From the NCBI RefSeq assembly GCF_000315625.1, contig NW_005434438.1:1-53890 (forward strand): 53,890 bases of DNA, written 5' to 3'. The notes under the pieces were generated by a model. The model was not told the DNA's origin. It ran no database searches and saw only the letters and a list, made by a program, of their open reading frames with translations. The position numbers and the translations under genes were made by a program. Below, piece after piece: positions 49,792-53,890 of the stretch (positions are counted from its first letter, which is position 1; every line of letters starts with the position of its first letter). The stretch is from Guillardia theta CCMP2712. Taxonomy: Eukaryota; Protista; Cryptophyta.

Positions 49792-52700
49792 TCAAGCCTC
49801 CTCTGACTCCTCTGCAGCAGCTGCTGCTGCTGCAGCTGCTGCTGCTTCCTTCAACCTGTCAGACTCAGCTGCATTCTGTTGGCTTATCCTCTTGTGCTCT
49901 GTCTGGAGCATAGCTGTCACCTTCTGCCTGTGGTAGCAGAGGATGTTGTGTAATGAAACGTCCTGCATCTCAATCATTGGAGGATCCCGTCCTGCAAGCC
50001 TTTCCAGGTTTGCATTCCATTTGCCTTCATCTGCCTCTTTCACTGCTAAGAGCAATTCACCAACTATCTCCTCATCCTCATAGTTCACTTGCTGAGACGG
50101 CGACTCTGAGTTTTCATCCTCCACGTCAATAAGCACGACCTCAATCGTTGCAAGAGCCTCCGTCAAGGATTTAAGGAAGTCTCCACCCTTGGCGATGACA
50201 TCAAGCAGCTTAGAGCGTGATTCCAGGAACGATCCTTCCTCTTTTGAGAACCACTTGTTGCAGCTCTCAACGGTAGCGGAAGACATATCTTGCATGAGCA
50301 GATTCAAGCTGCTCTCACGCGCCTGCTTGTTTTCCTCGCGGCTTTGCCGGTGAGCCTCCCAGACGGCGTCGAGCTCTGTCGCCTCTCTCTCTTCCATTTC
50401 TTCTTGAGCCTTCCAGTCTTCAGAAAGCTGAACGTGACTGGGATAGCCCTCGGCGGCTTCCAGATCGCGTTTCACAAGGGGTTCAGCAGGAGGACAGCCA
50501 ACAAGATACTCTTTGAGATAGTCTGCCCACGACTGCTCTTCCTCTTTTTGCGGGGGCCAGGACGTGGTCTCTCCTTCTTCCTCCGCCTCAGTTCCTTGAG
50601 GCTCTGCAGGAGCAGCAGCATCGTCTGAGCTTGGCAGCTTGTTCTGCTTCCTCATGGCAAGCACGAAAGCTTCTTGGTTCTGGTTTGTCCGGCACTCGGC
50701 GGTGAAAGCATCGATTTTCTCTTCCTTGGTTGTGTTTTCAGAGATCAAACCGTCAGGACTGATAGAAGTGAGGATGCGGAGGGACCAGAAAGGTTCTTGC
50801 CCTGGCTCTTCGATGTCATTCGTCACGTATTCTGCCTCCCCTTTCTCCACTCGTTCCTTCCCCTCCTCTTGTGCGCTTTCGTCTAAAGCCCTTTCACCTG
50901 CAGCTTCCTCATTTTTCTCGTCCACTGCTGCTTCTTCCTCCGCTGATTCTATTGAGCCCTCAGCCTTGGTCTTCGGTGCCATCATTACTAGTGGACGGCG
51001 GGCAACAAGATGAGCGATCAGGAGATAGACTATGTCCTCTGCTGGGGGAATGCAGGCCTCAAAAATCTCACAGCAATTGAGATCCTGAGCTTCGAGGAGG
51101 GGGGTAGTCACAAGCTTCCCGTCCTTCTCTATAGTCTTAACCTCCTCGTTGGAGGCCTCGTCCCTGCTGTGCGTGTGCCAGACCTGATCTTTCCGTGTTG
51201 CGATGAGCGACAACCTCAGCTCAGCCGGAGAGAAGGAGCGAAGGAAGACGGAGAAGTAGACTAGTCCAGTCTCGTCCTTGGGCTCGATCTGGTAGCGGAA
51301 GAGCTCGTTGCTGTAGTTGGGTACGAAGTAACCGTTGGCGTCAAGCACTTGGTCGCTTGCCAGGCCCTCCATAGTGACCTCGCAAGAGCTTAGGACAGCA
51401 AGACTCCAACTGCAAGTTAGAGGGGTCGCCTCTTCTCCCTCTACTGCCAGCGGTGAGGCACCAAAGTAAGACCTTGCGATCAAGATGTAGCCTTCGGCGG
51501 ATGCTTGAAGCTTGACCGAGTCAATTTGGTTTTCGTGCTGAAGAAAATTTCGCGGGTGGAGCAGTCAACCAGGACGAGCTGCACAGAGCTGAGAATGTGC
51601 GGGTTGGAGGTTTTGATAATCAGCGAGCAGACACAATCGCCTTGAGGAAGCAGCTTCTGACGAAACCAGATCGTGTCCTTCCTCGGCTCGAGACCCTCTA
51701 CTGTGCCAGAGGAGGAAAGAGACTTGATCCCAACCTTGTCAAAGACACCTTCGAAATTTTTCAGCTCCAACAAACTGTCACTGGATACGCGAAGAACGGT
51801 TCGAAAGCTGCTCGGAAAATCGATGATAAAAATACTCTTTCCTTTGCGAACGCGAAGAAGAAAACTTCTATTAACATCTGTCTCGACCAGCGTCCTGGGA
51901 AGAATTGTAATGGACGGAATAAAGTTCTGCTCCGAAGGCTCTGCCATCTCATTATTCTTGGTCTCAAACATGATCTCCGAGATTGTGATCATACTCGCTT
52001 GACAAGAAGACGAGATAGAGAATAATACATAATCGCTGTCTTCTTTTGTGTTGTCCACGAAAAGCGCAACATGAGAGAGGCCGTCGAAGACAGGTATAGC
52101 ATGCTCCTCCTGATCCACTGGAGTCTCAGAGTTTTCAGCTGCTACTTCTTGCCCTAAAAAAACCATGGATGAAAATTCGTAGTCACTATCCTTATGGAAG
52201 AGGATGACATGGGTGAAGTGGGCAAGAAATGACTTCCATGAGCAAGAATGTTTCATATCAACGTTTGGCTTCATCACTTCAGTCTTGAGGCTGATCTTTG
52301 CATCCTCATCTTTGACAACCTCTTGCTCCCCCTTTTCTCGTTGTTCTTCAGTTTCCTCTTGGTTTTCTCCTTCTTGTGAAATTTCTTTTGCTGGAGTGGA
52401 GAGGAGCCAAGAAAGCCTTGCGGCATGGATATCAACCTCATGCGAAAGCTCACCAGTCCAGTTGACATGAATAATGAATGAAGAGTCTTCATTAACATCC
52501 CAGTGCCTCCCTTCTCCTCCGCTCTTTTCATCTCCCTCGCCGGTCGCAAAGCTTGAGATGTACTTGATCCTTTCCTGCGGGTGATTCCCCCACCCAACTG
52601 AGTAACTCTTCCCCGCAGTCATCCGGTTGAGCAAAGTTTGCTTGAATGAAGATTCGCTTGTTTCCAAGAACTCAGGGTGCATTCCAGTCAAGCAAGTGAC

Positions 52701-53595
52701 AAAGAACGAGTACACTTCTCTCTCCAGAATGTTAGGGAACATCTTTTTTCCTACCTCTTCGTCTCCAGAGTCTGCCTTCGTCTGGGTTATCGTCAGAGCC
52801 TTGAGAAGAGCTTTAGTTAGAAGCATGGGCCAGATCTCAGCTTTGTTCTTGACCCGAGGGAGGATGCATTCCTCGCCCTTGCACGGAAGACGGTCATCGA
52901 TGAAAACTTGTCGCCATTGGCCCAACACATGAAGTCGAACAGCATACTTCCCGCTAGGGTTGTAGATTGGGACAGCTTGAGGATTTTGTGGATATATTCC
53001 ATCCCAGATGTCTTGTTTCGATGTCATGAGAAATTCTCTGGATGTGTTGATGGCACAGACTAAATGATATAGGAGCCAGTCGTCATGCCGCAGAGGATTT
53101 GAAGAGGCTTTCGTAAAGAATTCCAAGGGTCTGAACTGCTGGAATTTCTTCTGTGCTTTGACAACAACAGGAGGAGGAGGTTCAGATGAATCCTCTGTGT
53201 CTGGAAGGAATATCTTTTGAAACTTTGGCGGTTCTGTAAGGTTCATTGCTCCTGGTCTTTTCCATTCTATCTCTTGCTCATGTTGCCAGCAATCTGGAAG
53301 CAACAAATCACCGTCCGGGTCCTCAAAGGGCTCTGATGCTTCCCATTCCATCGCTTGAAGGTGGTCCAAAGCAAACAGAGGAAACGCTTGTGCTCCTGCT
53401 CGTTGGGTAGCTTCACTAAAGTTCGCTTCCGCAACGGAACTGTGGCAAAAACGATCAGTGGTCATACAGCAAGAAGGGAGTTTGATCAGATCAAGGGCTT
53501 ACAATAGAAAGCATCATTAGGGGTTCAGTCTCTCACCATGGAAGCATGTCTCTTGCAGGTCGAAAGGACGTGTCGTTGCCAACCTTCACCACCAT
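49792..53595 (-). CDS. Androglobin-like atypical calpain protein; frame break near 51480-51585
   Basis: FEDPDG..LLP, WKRP, PIYNPSGKYAVRLHVLGQWRQVFIDDRLP, EIWPMLLTKALLK and GYFVPNYSNELFRY follow the androglobin order of motifs. Short first exon from the ATG at 53595. Confidence 0.75.
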
Positions 53596-53727
53596 GGTTC
53601 GACGGTTGGCGACACTTTTTCTCTAGTCTGACAGATGCAGGACACGAGCAGGACAAGGTTTTCTTATAAATCAGGACAAAGTAAATAGTCCATTAGGGGG
53701 CTTATGGGCTGACCTAACCTTGACCTT

Positions 53728-53880
53728 GGGTTTAGGGTTTAGGGTTTAGGGGTTTAGGGTTTAGGGTTTAGGGTTTAGGGGTTTAGGGTTTAGGGTTTAG
53801 GGTTTAGGGTTTAGGGTTTAGGGTTTAGGGTTTAGGGTTTAGGGTTTAGGGTTTAGGGTCTCGGCTCAAGGGTTTAGGGT
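53728..53880 (+). repeat. Telomeric array (TTTAGGG)n, ~18 units, with TTTAGGGG variants
   Basis: The G-rich strand runs 5'->3' toward the window end. A few non-repeat bases follow. Confidence 0.9.
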
Positions 53881-53890
53881 TGCTATGTTA

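Overview
Eukaryotic nuclear DNA, most likely a chromosome or scaffold end from a cryptophyte alga (Guillardia/Hanusia-like). The organism call is an inference from the many ~45-50 nt spliceosomal introns, bipartite signal+transit leaders, flagellar genes and a (TTTAGGG)n end. About 16 intron-containing or single-exon genes can be read: RIC1-like, a coiled-coil protein, a U32/RlhA-like protein, CFAP43, an HTH protein, an RRM+WW protein, RRP1/Nop52, an F-box/LRR protein, a SnoaL-like protein, PPDK, two head-to-head CPBP proteases, a Trp-repeat protein, a dual-specificity phosphatase, a small acidic protein and an androglobin-like calpain. The 2.1-9.3 kb block is a degenerate mosaic: a Cys-rich pseudogene, a chimeric rps12+cox1 organellar insert, (GAT)n with an assembly gap, a broken Crinkler-type NTPase+REase gene and a minisatellite. 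The most unusual signal is a family of seven GC-rich scrambled intergenic islands lying upstream of genes. They share exact AT-rich cores (CTTTACTCAAAGTTAA in three copies; GTCAGATAGCGCCGA-TTAAC in two) and differ from each other by short insertions. A second is a ubiquitin-like (L/M)xLRGG motif ending the leaders of two non-aromatic (probably periplastid-targeted) proteins. Exon boundaries were read by eye and are approximate, and all family calls come from remembered motifs, not database searches.
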